NCBI GenBank assembly: GCA_934754495.1
Contig: CAKVHW010000005.1
Location: 26,533-90,532 of the forward strand
From: an uncultured Clostridia bacterium
Lineage (GTDB): Bacteria > Bacillota > Clostridia > Christensenellales > UBA1242
Reading direction: 5' to 3'
Length of the DNA: 64,000 bases
In this document: piece after piece, positions 1 through 9,274 of the stretch
Layout: every line of letters begins with the position of its first letter
Position numbering within the stretch: the stretch's first letter is position 1
Notes under the pieces: model-generated
Told to the model about the DNA's origin: nothing
The model's database searches: none
The model's input: only the letters and a program-made list of their open reading frames with translations
Made by a program: the position numbers and the translations under genes

Positions 1-24
1 TCGCTTAAAATAGCGATTTTTTTG
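1..24 (+). terminator. Rho-independent terminator of an off-window upstream gene (partial view)
   Basis: tcgct/agcga stem with 6-nt loop followed by a T7 run at 17-23. Confidence 0.35.
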
Positions 25-47
25 TTTTTAAAAACATACAATGTTGT

Positions 48-1028
48 ATGAAAGTTTTAAATCTGGTTTTTTTTATTATTGCAAGTATAGTAGGTGCAGG
101 TTTTGCTAGTGGTAAGGAAATTGCCACATATTTTTCCAGGTATGGTTTTTTAGCAATCCCAAGCGCTGTTGCCACTGGAATTGTGTTGTATGTGCTTATT
201 AAACAATGCCTGTTTATTGGTAAAAATAAGGCTAATTTTACACTCTCAAAGCCATTTAAAGTATTGCTTTATTTGGCACTTTGTTTTCTTTGCGGAAGTG
301 CATTTTCAGCAAATGCTGTGCTAGGAAAATACTTAGGTATTCCACATTTTGTGCTAATTAATCTTGCAATTGCTTTTGTGGTGCTTTTGGCTGGAATTAA
401 GGGTGTAAAAAAACTTAATTTTGTTATTTCGCCAGTCTTGATTATTTCAATAATATTGCTAGTATTGCTTGGTAAAAATCGGTTAGGTAGTAGTGTGTGT
501 TTTCAAGTTTTCAATACTCCAATAAAAAGTTTTGTAGGTATAATTGGTTATGTTTCTTTTAACTTTATTTTAGTTGCAATGTTTTTAATAGATGCTGGCA
601 AAGATTGTACTGAAAAAGAAATTAAACTTGCCAGTGCAATATCTTGCACGATAATAACTGCCTTAATTTTAATAATTGCTTTTGTTGTGATGTACTCAAA
701 AACCAATATTATGACATCAGATATGCCACTTCTTACTTTTGCGTTTAATGTGAGTAGAGTGGCAGGCGTTGCAATGGTTGTTGTGATTTGGCTAGGGCTA
801 TTTACAACACTAGCAAGTTGCCTTTATTCCATGTCAAGATTACTTGGTGAAGTTGTCAAAAATAGAGCAATTAATCTTATTATAAACCTTATAATTGTAT
901 ATTTTGTATCACGATTGGGATTTGATTTTATTGTGAAAGAAGTATATTTTTTTACAGGCATTGTAGGTATAAGTTTTGTAATAAATTTATTAAAATTTAG
1001 TAATGTGAAAGATGGAAAAAGTGGGTAA
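48..1028 (+). CDS. YkvI-family polytopic membrane protein (putative transporter)
   Basis: 326-aa ORF, about 10 hydrophobic segments. The N-terminal VGAGFASGKEIATYF motif resembles the YkvI signature VGAGFATGREIVEFF. Confidence 0.55.
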   Translation: MKVLNLVFFIIASIVGAGFASGKEIATYFSRYGFLAIPSAVATGIVLYVLIKQCLFIGKNKANFTLSKPFKVLLYLALCFLCGSAFSANAVLGKYLGIPHFVLINLAIAFVVLLAGIKGVKKLNFVISPVLIISIILLVLLGKNRLGSSVCFQVFNTPIKSFVGIIGYVSFNFILVAMFLIDAGKDCTEKEIKLASAISCTIITALILIIAFVVMYSKTNIMTSDMPLLTFAFNVSRVAGVAMVVVIWLGLFTTLASCLYSMSRLLGEVVKNRAINLIINLIIVYFVSRLGFDFIVKEVYFFTGIVGISFVINLLKFSNVKDGKSG

Positions 1029-1044
1029 AAATACCCACTTTTTT
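1021..1044 (+). terminator. Rho-independent terminator
   Basis: gtgggta/tacccac stem, aaaa loop, T6 run; overlaps the stop codon. Confidence 0.65.
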
Positions 1045-1059
1045 AAAATTTGCATAGTA

Positions 1060-1866
1060 TTATTTTTTTAGTTTTTTATTCACTCGTTTTTCAATAAAAG
1101 CAACAATAAAATACATAAGCCCAGCCATTAAGCATAGTAGTACAGTACTTGCCATAACAAGGTCTAAGTTGAATATCTGACCACCGTACACAATTAGGTA
1201 TCCGAGACCTGCTTTACTCACAAGATACTCGCCCATAATAGTGCCGACCCATGTTAACCCAACATTGATTTTAAGAACACTAATAAAGTCGCAAAGAGAG
1301 TTTGGCAAAATTAGTTTTGTAAGAATTTGAAACTTGCTTGCTCCCATGCTTCTAAGTAGCATAATTTTATTTTGGTCGCACGCTCTAAAAGCATTTAGCA
1401 TAGATAGTGTTGTTATGACAACCATAATTAGTACGTCCATAGCAACAATTGACTTAGTTCCCACACCAATCCAGATAATTAATACGGGGCCAAGAGCAAT
1501 TTTAGGCAGGCTATTTAGTACAACAATGTATGGGTCAAGAATTTTGTAAATGGTGTCGTTCCACCATAATAGTATAGCCACAAGTGTGCCAATTACAGTT
1601 GCTATTAAAAAGCCAAGAAGTGCTTCGTATAGGGTGGTCCACATATGATATAAAAGCGTTCCGTCTTTTGCTAAGTTTACCACAACTTTAACAATGTTTG
1701 AAGGGCACGAAAGAATGAATGTGTCAATTGCATTTAGTCTGGCAAGCAATTCCCATAATCCAATAAAAAACACTAAAATGCCTATTTGGATTATTAAAAT
1801 AACTATTGATTTTTGTTTTTTCTTTCGAAGGAAATTTTGATATTCCTTAGAATAAATGTTTTTCAT
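1060..1866 (-). CDS. ABC transporter permease, NitT/TauT (SsuC/YtlD-like) family
   Basis: Multi-TM protein of the binding-protein-dependent permease type. Start moved to the internal ATG (MKNIYSK) because it forms an ATGA overlap with the upstream ATPase stop. Confidence 0.85.
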   Translation of the reverse strand: MKNIYSKEYQNFLRKKKQKSIVILIIQIGILVFFIGLWELLARLNAIDTFILSCPSNIVKVVVNLAKDGTLLYHMWTTLYEALLGFLIATVIGTLVAILLWWNDTIYKILDPYIVVLNSLPKIALGPVLIIWIGVGTKSIVAMDVLIMVVITTLSMLNAFRACDQNKIMLLRSMGASKFQILTKLILPNSLCDFISVLKINVGLTWVGTIMGEYLVSKAGLGYLIVYGGQIFNLDLVMASTVLLCLMAGLMYFIVAFIEKRVNKKLKK

Positions 1867-2606
1867 TCCTGTAACTCCTTCCAAATAATGTCAAAATACT
1901 TACCAGCATCTGGCACTTTTCTACGAAGTAGTGGCGAACCATACTTTGAAAGGTCAATTACATGTTCGCTTTTTACACTTGCAGGTCGCTTAGAAAGTAC
2001 AACAATTTTGTCACTCATTGCAATTGCTTCGTTGATGTCGTGTGTTACAAGTATTGAAGTCACATTTTCTTGTTTTAAAATATTGCTAATATCGTCACAC
2101 ACATTAAGCCGTGTTTGATAGTCAAGTGCACTAAAAGCTTCATCTAAAAGCATTATTTTAGGCTTTAGTGCCATTGTTCTAATTAAAGCAACACGTTGTC
2201 GCATTCCGCCAGATAATTGGCTTGGGTGTTTATCTTTAAAAGCCCAAAGCCCATATTTTTTAAGTAAAGTATTAACATATTCCATGTTTTCAGGTGTTTT
2301 TTTTCCCTGAATTTCAAGACCTAAATACACGTTGCTAAGAATGGTTCGCCACTCAAATAGGTGGTCTTTTTGAAACATGTATCCACAACATTTTTCTTGA
2401 TTTTCACCCATAATTATTTCGCCACTTGTGGGCTTCATTAACCCAGATATTAACGATAATATGGTTGTTTTTCCGCATCCAGATGGCCCAACAATACTAA
2501 CAAATTCACCTTCTTCCACACTAAAATTAATGTTTTTTAATGCTTCGGTTTCACCATCTAAAGAAAAGTAGGTGAGCGAAACATTTTTTAGTGTTAATAT
2601 AGCCAT
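1863..2606 (-). CDS. ABC transporter ATP-binding protein (NitT/TauT, YtlC-like)
   Basis: Walker A GPSGCGKTT, signature LSGGMRQRV, Walker B MLLDEAFSALD, H-loop VTHD; AGGAG RBS. Confidence 0.92.
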   Translation of the reverse strand: MAILTLKNVSLTYFSLDGETEALKNINFSVEEGEFVSIVGPSGCGKTTILSLISGLMKPTSGEIIMGENQEKCCGYMFQKDHLFEWRTILSNVYLGLEIQGKKTPENMEYVNTLLKKYGLWAFKDKHPSQLSGGMRQRVALIRTMALKPKIMLLDEAFSALDYQTRLNVCDDISNILKQENVTSILVTHDINEAIAMSDKIVVLSKRPASVKSEHVIDLSKYGSPLLRRKVPDAGKYFDIIWKELQE

Positions 2607-2728
2607 TTTTTCTCCTAAAAACTATCGTATTTTTAAGGTGAAAAAGTGTATTTCACACCCTAAATTTAATAGGTATTTTAAAAGATTAAAAACCTATATT
2701 CCATTATATTTTTTTCGCCCTTTTTGTG

Positions 2729-2762
2729 TGAAAAAAACAGGCTAAAAGTAAAGCCTGTTTTA
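2729..2762 (-). terminator. Rho-independent terminator after the binding-protein gene
   Basis: aacaggct/agcctgtt 8-bp stem flanked by an A-run and a T-run (readable on both strands). Confidence 0.65.
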
Positions 2763-2767
2763 ATTTT

Positions 2768-3799
2768 TTATAAGTCCTTAATTTCTTTGTATGCTTTTTC
2801 CGCATAGGTGTTGTTTACAACATCTGTAAAAGCCACACGAGTATCAAGTACGCCATTGTCAATAATAATGTCTAAAAGCCTATTGTAAGAGTCGGTACTC
2901 ATAACAAGGTTGTTGCTCCAAGCGTCAATGTTAATATATGCCTGAAGTGCAACTTTCAAACTTTCCTTAGTTGTGCCAGTAAATGATGGTGCAATTGCAT
3001 CAACAACATCGTCAATAGGGGCGGTTACTAAGTAGTTGTAACCCTTAATAATTGCACGTAAAAACTTGTTTATTTTGTCAGGATTTTTTTCAATAAAACT
3101 CTTGTTGGCGGTGAATGCTGTGTAAGGAACTTCACCTGCAAGACTGCCAACACTTGCTAAGTTGTAACCTTTGCCTTGGTCTACAATTGCACTTGCTGCT
3201 GGTTCAAATGCTGTTACATAATCGCCAACATTTCCAATAAATGCAGCGGTCATGCTGTCAAAAGGAACATCGTATCTTAATGTTATGTTTTGTCCGTCAA
3301 TAAGTCCGTTTTGCTTTAACGTATATGCTAGTGTCATGGCAGGAACACCACCTTTTCTGCCAGCTAAAATTACAGGGCGGTTGGCTTCGTCTATTTGAGT
3401 TTTTCCGCCAGTAATGTCGCTGACTTTAAAGTTTTGAATGTCTTTTCTGCCAATTAGGAAAGAACCATCTCTTTTTGTAAGTTGACCAAACACAACAGGG
3501 CGGTCTTTTTTGCCTTGATTTACAACATAAATTGTCGCTTCTGGGCCCATTAATCCAATGTCGGCAGATTTACTTGTAAGGGCGCTCATAACTTTGTCTG
3601 CACCACCGCCGTTTGTAAGTTCTATTTTAAGGTCTTCTTCAGCAAAATAACCTTTGTTTATTGCAATGTAAAGTGGGGCATAGAATACAGAATGCGTCAC
3701 TTCATTTAGTCTAATTGTGTTGTCTTTTCCGCCACAACCAGTCAGGAAAAAAGAAAAGCCAAACACAATAGCAATTAAAAATAATGATAATTTTTTCAT
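2768..3799 (-). CDS. ABC transporter substrate-binding lipoprotein, NMT1/THI5-like (YtlA/SsuA-like)
   Basis: Signal peptide with lipobox FLTGC. The VFYAPLYIAINKGYF...GGGADKV pattern is typical of NMT1/THI5-like binding proteins. Confidence 0.82.
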   Translation of the reverse strand: MKKLSLFLIAIVFGFSFFLTGCGGKDNTIRLNEVTHSVFYAPLYIAINKGYFAEEDLKIELTNGGGADKVMSALTSKSADIGLMGPEATIYVVNQGKKDRPVVFGQLTKRDGSFLIGRKDIQNFKVSDITGGKTQIDEANRPVILAGRKGGVPAMTLAYTLKQNGLIDGQNITLRYDVPFDSMTAAFIGNVGDYVTAFEPAASAIVDQGKGYNLASVGSLAGEVPYTAFTANKSFIEKNPDKINKFLRAIIKGYNYLVTAPIDDVVDAIAPSFTGTTKESLKVALQAYINIDAWSNNLVMSTDSYNRLLDIIIDNGVLDTRVAFTDVVNNTYAEKAYKEIKDL

Positions 3800-3926
3800 A
3801 AAACCTCCATATAACTTTACTATATTCAGGTTTCTGTTTTTTGGTGTATTAAGGACATTGGTGGGTGGTAATAAAAAACCATGCCTAAAAAAGTAATATA
3901 ATATATCTATTTATTTAAAAAATGAC

Positions 3927-3955
3927 TTGAAAAATAGGCACTATAATGCTATAAT
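3927..3955 (+). promoter_or_regulatory. Sigma-A type promoter upstream of the small membrane ORF and valS
   Basis: TTGAAA - 17 nt - TGcTATAAT (extended -10). Confidence 0.55.
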
Positions 3956-3989
3956 ATGTTTAATTTTAAAAAGGTTAAGGATAAGTATT

Positions 3990-4235
3990 ATGTTAAATTT
4001 TTTATTAAACACCAATTCAGAAAGCTTTAAAATGTTTTTCACAATGCCACAAGTTTGGATTGCTTTAATTCTATGCATTATTGGTGCTTCATTAATTATT
4101 TTGGCACGTCGTATCACAAGAGTTGCTAAAAAGACCAATTACATTGCTGACAATGACAAAACAATGATTACAATTAAATGTATAGGTGTTGTTTGCTTAT
4201 TTGTTTGTATAATCATTTTGGTATTCATTAAATAA
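3990..4235 (+). CDS. Small two-TM membrane protein, unknown function
   Basis: 81 aa from the ATG at 3990. The tracked start at 3927 is the TTG of the -35 box. Two hydrophobic helices. Confidence 0.5.
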   Translation: MLNFLLNTNSESFKMFFTMPQVWIALILCIIGASLIILARRITRVAKKTNYIADNDKTMITIKCIGVVCLFVCIIILVFIK

Positions 4236-4258
4236 ATAAGTTAGGAGCATTTTTTAAA

Positions 4259-6871
4259 ATGGAAAAAAATTACGACCCATCACAATTTGAAGAAAAGTTA
4301 TATAAAAACTGGCTAGAAAAGGGTTATTTTAAGGCTACAATAGATAAAAACAAAACACCATTCACAATAATAATGCCACCCCCAAATATTACAAGTAAGT
4401 TGCATATGGGGCACGCATTCCAACAAACAATTCAAGATGTTATTATAAGACGTAAAAGAATGCAGGGCTATAGCGCACTATGGGTGCCAGGAACAGACCA
4501 TGCAGCACTTTCAACCGAATACATGCTATGCAAACAACTTGAAAAAGAAGGAACATCTAAAGAACAACTTGGTAGAGAAGGCTTTAAAAAACGTATTGAA
4601 CAATGGTATGTTGATTATAAAGGCACAATTATAGATCAATTTAAACGTATGGGCTTTTCTTGTGACTGGGATAGACTAGCATTTACTATGGACAAACACA
4701 ACTGCGATGCAGTAAGAGCAGTGTTTGTTCACTTATACAAAAAAGGCTACATTTACAAAGGAAAACGTATTGTAAACTGGTGTCCAAAATGTAAGAGTTC
4801 TATCTCTGATGCCGAAGTTGAATTTAAAATGCTTCCATCACATTTGTGGCATATTAGATATCAAATAGAAAACACAAACGACTATATTGAAGTTGCAACA
4901 ACTCGTCCAGAAACATTACTTGGTGATACAGCGGTTGCTGTAAATCCAACTGATGAAAGATACACAAAACTAGTTGGCAAAAACGTAGTGTTGCCACTAA
5001 TGAACAGACTAATTCCAATTGTTGCTGATGAGTACGTTGAAAAAGACTTTGGAACAGGTGTTGTTAAAATTACACCAGCACATGATCCTAACGACTGGGA
5101 AGTAGGCGAAAGGCATAACCTAGACGTTATTAAGGTTATTGGTGACGATGGTGTCATGAACGAAAACGCAGGCAAGTACGCAGGGCTTACAAGAGATGAA
5201 GCACGTGCTAAAATTGTTGAGGATCTTAAGGAATGTGGTGCTCTTGTAAAAATTGAAGATTATTCACATAATGTTGGTCACTGCGAAAGATGCAAAACAG
5301 TAATAGAACCACTTATCTCAAACCAATGGTTTGTTAAAATGGACGAACTTGCAAAACCAGCAATTAAGGTTGTTGAAGACGGCGAAGTTAAGTTTATGGA
5401 CGACCAATACAAAAAAACATATTTGCATTGGATGCACAACATTAAAGACTGGTGTATTTCAAGACAAATTTGGTCTGGTCACGATATTCCAATTTTCACT
5501 TGCCAAGATTGTGGCGAAGTAATTGTAGAACTTGAAGACCCAACCGAATGTCCAAAATGTCATAGCCACAATTTAGTTAAGGAAACTGATAAACTTGACA
5601 CATGGTTTAGTAGTGCTTTGTGGCCAATTAGTACACTTGGTTTCCCTGAAAAAACTCCAGAACTAGATTATTTCTACCCAACAAATGTTATGGTTACTGG
5701 TAGAGAAATCATTAACCTTTGGGTTGCTAGAATGATATTTAGTGGGCTAGAGTATGTAGGTAAAGTGCCATTTAGAGAGATTGTTATTAATGGTATTGTT
5801 AAAGACATTCATGGCAAAAAAATGAGTAAAACATTGGGCAATGGTGTTGACCCAATTGAAATGATAAATAAGTATGGTGTAGATGCTCTAAGATTTTCAG
5901 TTCTTAACGGAATTTCTATTGATATGGATAGCCGTTTTTCAGAGAAAAAAGTAGAACTTGCTAGAAACTTTATTAATAAAATATGGAATGCAAGCCTATT
6001 TGTAATGAAGCAAATTGAAGGCAATGACGTAAAACATATTAATGAAGTTAAACTTTCAAGTGCTGATAAGTGGATTTTACACGAACTAAATAAACTTATT
6101 ACAAGTATTAATAAGAAGTTTGAAAAATACGATATTGGCATGGTTGCTAGCGAGTTGTTTGATTTCTTCTGGACAAAATTCTGCGACTGGTACATTGAAA
6201 TGGCTAAGTGTGGAATGACCGAAGAAAAACAAGACGGAACCGTTGCAACACTAAATTATGTTTTGACAGCACTTTTAAAACTAATGCACCCATTTATGCC
6301 TTTTGTTACAGAAAAAATCTATCTAGAACTTCCTTTCCATGATGAAACAATTATGACATCTTCATTCCCAGAACATAGTAAAGAACTTAACTTTACTAAA
6401 GACCACAAACATATGGAAGAAGTGCTTGATATTATTAAGCAAATTCGTGCAGTTAGGGCAGATATGAAGGTGGCAGATAATGTGAAAACAAAACTTATTT
6501 TGCTTCCACTAGACCATAAAACATTTGTAGAAGAAAATGCAAAAATAATTGAAAAACTTTCTAATTCTAAAGATACCTTAATCATAAAAGATGAAAATGA
6601 GGTAACAGAAGAATGTACAGTATGCTTAAACAACTTAATTAAAGCATTCTTACCATCTTCAAGCCTCGTTGATAAAGATAAAGAACTTGCACGTCTTACT
6701 GCCGAACTTAAAAAAGCAGAAAGCGAAATTGCAAGAGCAGAAGGTAAATTAAGTAATCAAGGTTTTGTAAGTAAAGCACCAGCAAAACTTATAGAAGAAG
6801 AAAAACAAAAACTTGAAAACTACAAAAACATGAAACAAAATGTACTTATTGCATTAGAAAAACTAAAATAA
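4259..6871 (+). CDS. valS: Valine--tRNA ligase
   Basis: 870 aa; class I HIGH motif (LHMGHAF), KMSKT motif, CP1 editing-domain region, C-terminal coiled coil typical of ValRS. Confidence 0.97.
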   Translation: MEKNYDPSQFEEKLYKNWLEKGYFKATIDKNKTPFTIIMPPPNITSKLHMGHAFQQTIQDVIIRRKRMQGYSALWVPGTDHAALSTEYMLCKQLEKEGTSKEQLGREGFKKRIEQWYVDYKGTIIDQFKRMGFSCDWDRLAFTMDKHNCDAVRAVFVHLYKKGYIYKGKRIVNWCPKCKSSISDAEVEFKMLPSHLWHIRYQIENTNDYIEVATTRPETLLGDTAVAVNPTDERYTKLVGKNVVLPLMNRLIPIVADEYVEKDFGTGVVKITPAHDPNDWEVGERHNLDVIKVIGDDGVMNENAGKYAGLTRDEARAKIVEDLKECGALVKIEDYSHNVGHCERCKTVIEPLISNQWFVKMDELAKPAIKVVEDGEVKFMDDQYKKTYLHWMHNIKDWCISRQIWSGHDIPIFTCQDCGEVIVELEDPTECPKCHSHNLVKETDKLDTWFSSALWPISTLGFPEKTPELDYFYPTNVMVTGREIINLWVARMIFSGLEYVGKVPFREIVINGIVKDIHGKKMSKTLGNGVDPIEMINKYGVDALRFSVLNGISIDMDSRFSEKKVELARNFINKIWNASLFVMKQIEGNDVKHINEVKLSSADKWILHELNKLITSINKKFEKYDIGMVASELFDFFWTKFCDWYIEMAKCGMTEEKQDGTVATLNYVLTALLKLMHPFMPFVTEKIYLELPFHDETIMTSSFPEHSKELNFTKDHKHMEEVLDIIKQIRAVRADMKVADNVKTKLILLPLDHKTFVEENAKIIEKLSNSKDTLIIKDENEVTEECTVCLNNLIKAFLPSSSLVDKDKELARLTAELKKAESEIARAEGKLSNQGFVSKAPAKLIEEEKQKLENYKNMKQNVLIALEKLK

Positions 6872-6872
6872 T

Positions 6873-6908
6873 AAAAAAAGACGACCTATTTAAGGTTGTC
6901 TTTTTTTA
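6873..6908. terminator. Bidirectional rho-independent terminator between convergent genes
   Basis: agacgacc/ggttgtct 8-bp stem with an A-run 5' and a T-run 3'. Confidence 0.8.
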
Positions 6909-7352
6909 TTATTTAACACGACTTGCTGTTTCTTGGTAAAGATTGTCATTAAGACATGCAAACCCAATATTTTCTGCATTAAAACCATACTTTGTAAGGT
7001 TTACATATGCTTCAATAATTGTTTTGTTTTCATCATCATATGGTGTAGAAATAATTTTGCTTTCACCATACTTTACAGGTATAATTTCTGTAACTTCACC
7101 ATAATAGTCTAGTACTTTTTTTCTGTCAATAAATGTTGCAATTCCGTCTTTAAATAAATTTTTGCTAGTAGGGTTTAGGGTGTGAAGTTTGCGACTATAC
7201 ACAATTGGATTAACGTCAGCAACAGTATAGTTTTCTGGTACAAACATAACTGTTTTGCCATTTTCTATAATGTTAGTTAATGTTTTATTGTAATTTCTCT
7301 TGCCTGTAATGTAGTTTTTAAATGCGTTTACTGGGTTGGATTCTTTTCTCAT
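6909..7352 (-). CDS. Hypothetical protein (147 aa)
   Basis: Clean ORF with an AAGGAA RBS, last gene of a four-gene minus-strand cluster; no motif recognised. Confidence 0.65.
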   Translation of the reverse strand: MRKESNPVNAFKNYITGKRNYNKTLTNIIENGKTVMFVPENYTVADVNPIVYSRKLHTLNPTSKNLFKDGIATFIDRKKVLDYYGEVTEIIPVKYGESKIISTPYDDENKTIIEAYVNLTKYGFNAENIGFACLNDNLYQETASRVK

Positions 7353-7370
7353 TAATTTTTAATTCCTTTC

Positions 7371-7517
7371 TTATCTTTGTCTTTCTTTATAAATCGCACT
7401 TTTTAAACTAATATTGTTTTTCTCATTTTCATCTTTTTTTAATTGTTGTTGTCGTTGCTTTAAATATTCTCTTTTGGCTTTAGAATATGTGATTGCATTG
7501 TTAGTATTGTTTGTCAT
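7371..7517 (-). CDS. Possible small basic protein (48 aa), not in the ORF track
   Basis: MTNNTNNAITYSKAKREYLKQRQQQLKKDENEKNNISLKSAIYKERQR. Its ATG overlaps the upstream stop as TAATG (translational coupling). Low complexity, so it could be noncoding. Confidence 0.35.
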   Translation of the reverse strand: MTNNTNNAITYSKAKREYLKQRQQQLKKDENEKNNISLKSAIYKERQR

Positions 7518-7768
7518 TATTTGTTAACCGTTTCCTTATATTGTTTTAATGCTTTGGCAAGTTGATCTGGGCAAGATGTAGTAGGGCGACATTTTATGCC
7601 TTCAAGTTTTGCAATAACTTCATCTACAGGCATACCTTCAACTAGTTTTGCCACACCGGTTGTATTTCCAGGACAACCGCCTATAAATTGCACGCCAGTA
7701 ACTTTGCCGTCTTTAACATCAAATAATATTTCGCCAGCACATACGCCACTTGTTTTGTATCTGTACAT
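7517..7768 (-). CDS. TSCPD-domain protein (TIGR03905-like four-Cys protein)
   Basis: 83 aa with GVCAG...GGCPGN...TSCPDQLAKAL motifs; AAGGAG RBS. Confidence 0.8.
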   Translation of the reverse strand: MYRYKTSGVCAGEILFDVKDGKVTGVQFIGGCPGNTTGVAKLVEGMPVDEVIAKLEGIKCRPTTSCPDQLAKALKQYKETVNK

Positions 7769-7779
7769 GTTTTTTCTCC

Positions 7780-8313
7780 TTAACTATCAATTACTGTGTC
7801 ATATAGATATTCAAATACATTAGGGGCATTGTCCTTCCACTTTTTGCAAGTAAGAATTGCCGAGTGTCTTGTAGGAACTTTTAGTTTGATTTCCAAAAGT
7901 GAATTAGGAATCATTGGTTCTTTAATTTTAAGATTGACAATATAGGAACCATCTTCGTTTTTAATGTATTCCGAAACATACTCTTGAGTACGCTTAAAAC
8001 TCATTCTATTGTCTTTTGCAAAAGTTGTAATTTCTTCACGCAAACTTTGAGGAATACGTTGGAAGAATAAACTCAAACAATTTCGTCCTTCATATGTAAT
8101 TCCATAACGTTCTTCATCATCGCCTTCAGTTTTAAAAATAAAGCCTGCATCTAAAAGTTGCCAAAGTACTTCTTTGCAGTCCATATAGTTTAGCCAGTTG
8201 TTACGGCTGGTGCAAATGTCGATGATACTGTTTTCAGTTAACGGAATTTCCATTTTATCTAGCAAAAACAACATTTTTAATTTGTTGGAAGTGCTATCAA
8301 CCATAAAATCCAT
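7780..8313 (-). CDS. DUF4364-like protein
   Basis: About 177 aa. Start moved to the ATG preceded by GGTGGGA. The N-terminal KLKMLFLLDKMEIPLTENSI pattern resembles DUF4364 proteins of Clostridia. Confidence 0.6.
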   Translation of the reverse strand: MDFMVDSTSNKLKMLFLLDKMEIPLTENSIIDICTSRNNWLNYMDCKEVLWQLLDAGFIFKTEGDDEERYGITYEGRNCLSLFFQRIPQSLREEITTFAKDNRMSFKRTQEYVSEYIKNEDGSYIVNLKIKEPMIPNSLLEIKLKVPTRHSAILTCKKWKDNAPNVFEYLYDTVIDS

Positions 8314-8401
8314 AATTCGTCCCACCAGTATTTGAAAATTTTCTTAACTTTTGTATTATATCACAACTAAATAAGCTTTTACAATAAGTTTTGCATTTTG
8401 T

Positions 8402-8430
8402 TTGCTAAAAAACAAAAAAAACACTATACT
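8402..8430 (+). promoter_or_regulatory. Candidate sigma-A promoter
   Basis: TTGCTA - 17 nt - TATACT. Confidence 0.4.
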
Positions 8431-8467
8431 AAATGCATACAATCAAAGATAAGAAGTGGAGAAACAT

Positions 8468-9274
8468 ATGACAAAATATAGTGATGCTGAAAAGAAAAAC
8501 TTAAAAAATTTTTTTGATGCCTGTAACGAGATGATTAACGGCAGGTTTATTTTGTCGGACATTAAAATTCAAAAAATCCTTAATGCAATTGCAGGTAGTT
8601 CGGTGCTATACGAACTTTTTGCAAAATGTATGGTTGATTTTAATTTCAAAACCGAATTTAGAAATGCAAAAGTATCAAATAAAGTAAATGGCGGTTATTT
8701 TGTTTTGCCTGATGACGAGAAAAAAATAATTGCACTTGTATTTTGTTTTTTAATTGATATTGATAACAATAGATTAAATCTTCAAAACTTTATTAACGAA
8801 AATTTTTATAGTCCAGATGGTTATAATGTAAGTTATAGCAACTTTGCAATTAATGTACTTATTCCATTCAAAACAAGTGTTGCAAACTTGCTTGGTGTAA
8901 ACGAAGATGGTGAGGACAATGCCGTGTTTGGCGAAGACGATAGCCAGCAAATTGTTATGGAAGGGCTAGGAAATAGCGAAGAACCTGAAGAACAACCAGT
9001 AAGCAAAGCCACTGAAACCAAACTAAAATATGCTGACTTACTAAAAGCACTTAACGGACTTTATAGTGCCGTAAAGAAAGATAAAAAACTTAAAGAAGAA
9101 GTTAGACAAGAATTGGTTATTATAATAAAAGCCATAAAAGAAGCAATTACTATTGAAAAACTTATTTTTATTAATGCACTTGTTATTCCACTAGAATATT
9201 TAATAGGCAAAAATAAAAACCTAAAACCTTATTATAATGAATTTAAAAATAGCCTTATGGCATTTTATATTTAA
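8468..9274 (+). CDS. Hypothetical protein with an acidic central linker
   Basis: 268 aa from the ATG at 8468 (GGAG RBS 6 nt upstream); no recognisable motif. Confidence 0.7.
   Translation: MTKYSDAEKKNLKNFFDACNEMINGRFILSDIKIQKILNAIAGSSVLYELFAKCMVDFNFKTEFRNAKVSNKVNGGYFVLPDDEKKIIALVFCFLIDIDNNRLNLQNFINENFYSPDGYNVSYSNFAINVLIPFKTSVANLLGVNEDGEDNAVFGEDDSQQIVMEGLGNSEEPEEQPVSKATETKLKYADLLKALNGLYSAVKKDKKLKEEVRQELVIIIKAIKEAITIEKLIFINALVIPLEYLIGKNKNLKPYYNEFKNSLMAFYI

Noticed and set aside
3800-4258. T-box leader upstream of valS (and likewise upstream of lysS at 29484-29744), and a TPP riboswitch upstream of the THI5-like binding-protein gene (3800-3926, minus strand).
   Set aside because: No T-box consensus (AGGGTGGNACCGCG-like) or specifier/antiterminator arrangement is visible. 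The TPP hallmarks (CTGAGA and ACCTGATCTGGATAATGCCAGCG-like elements) are also absent. The valS upstream region is instead occupied by a promoter and a small membrane ORF.
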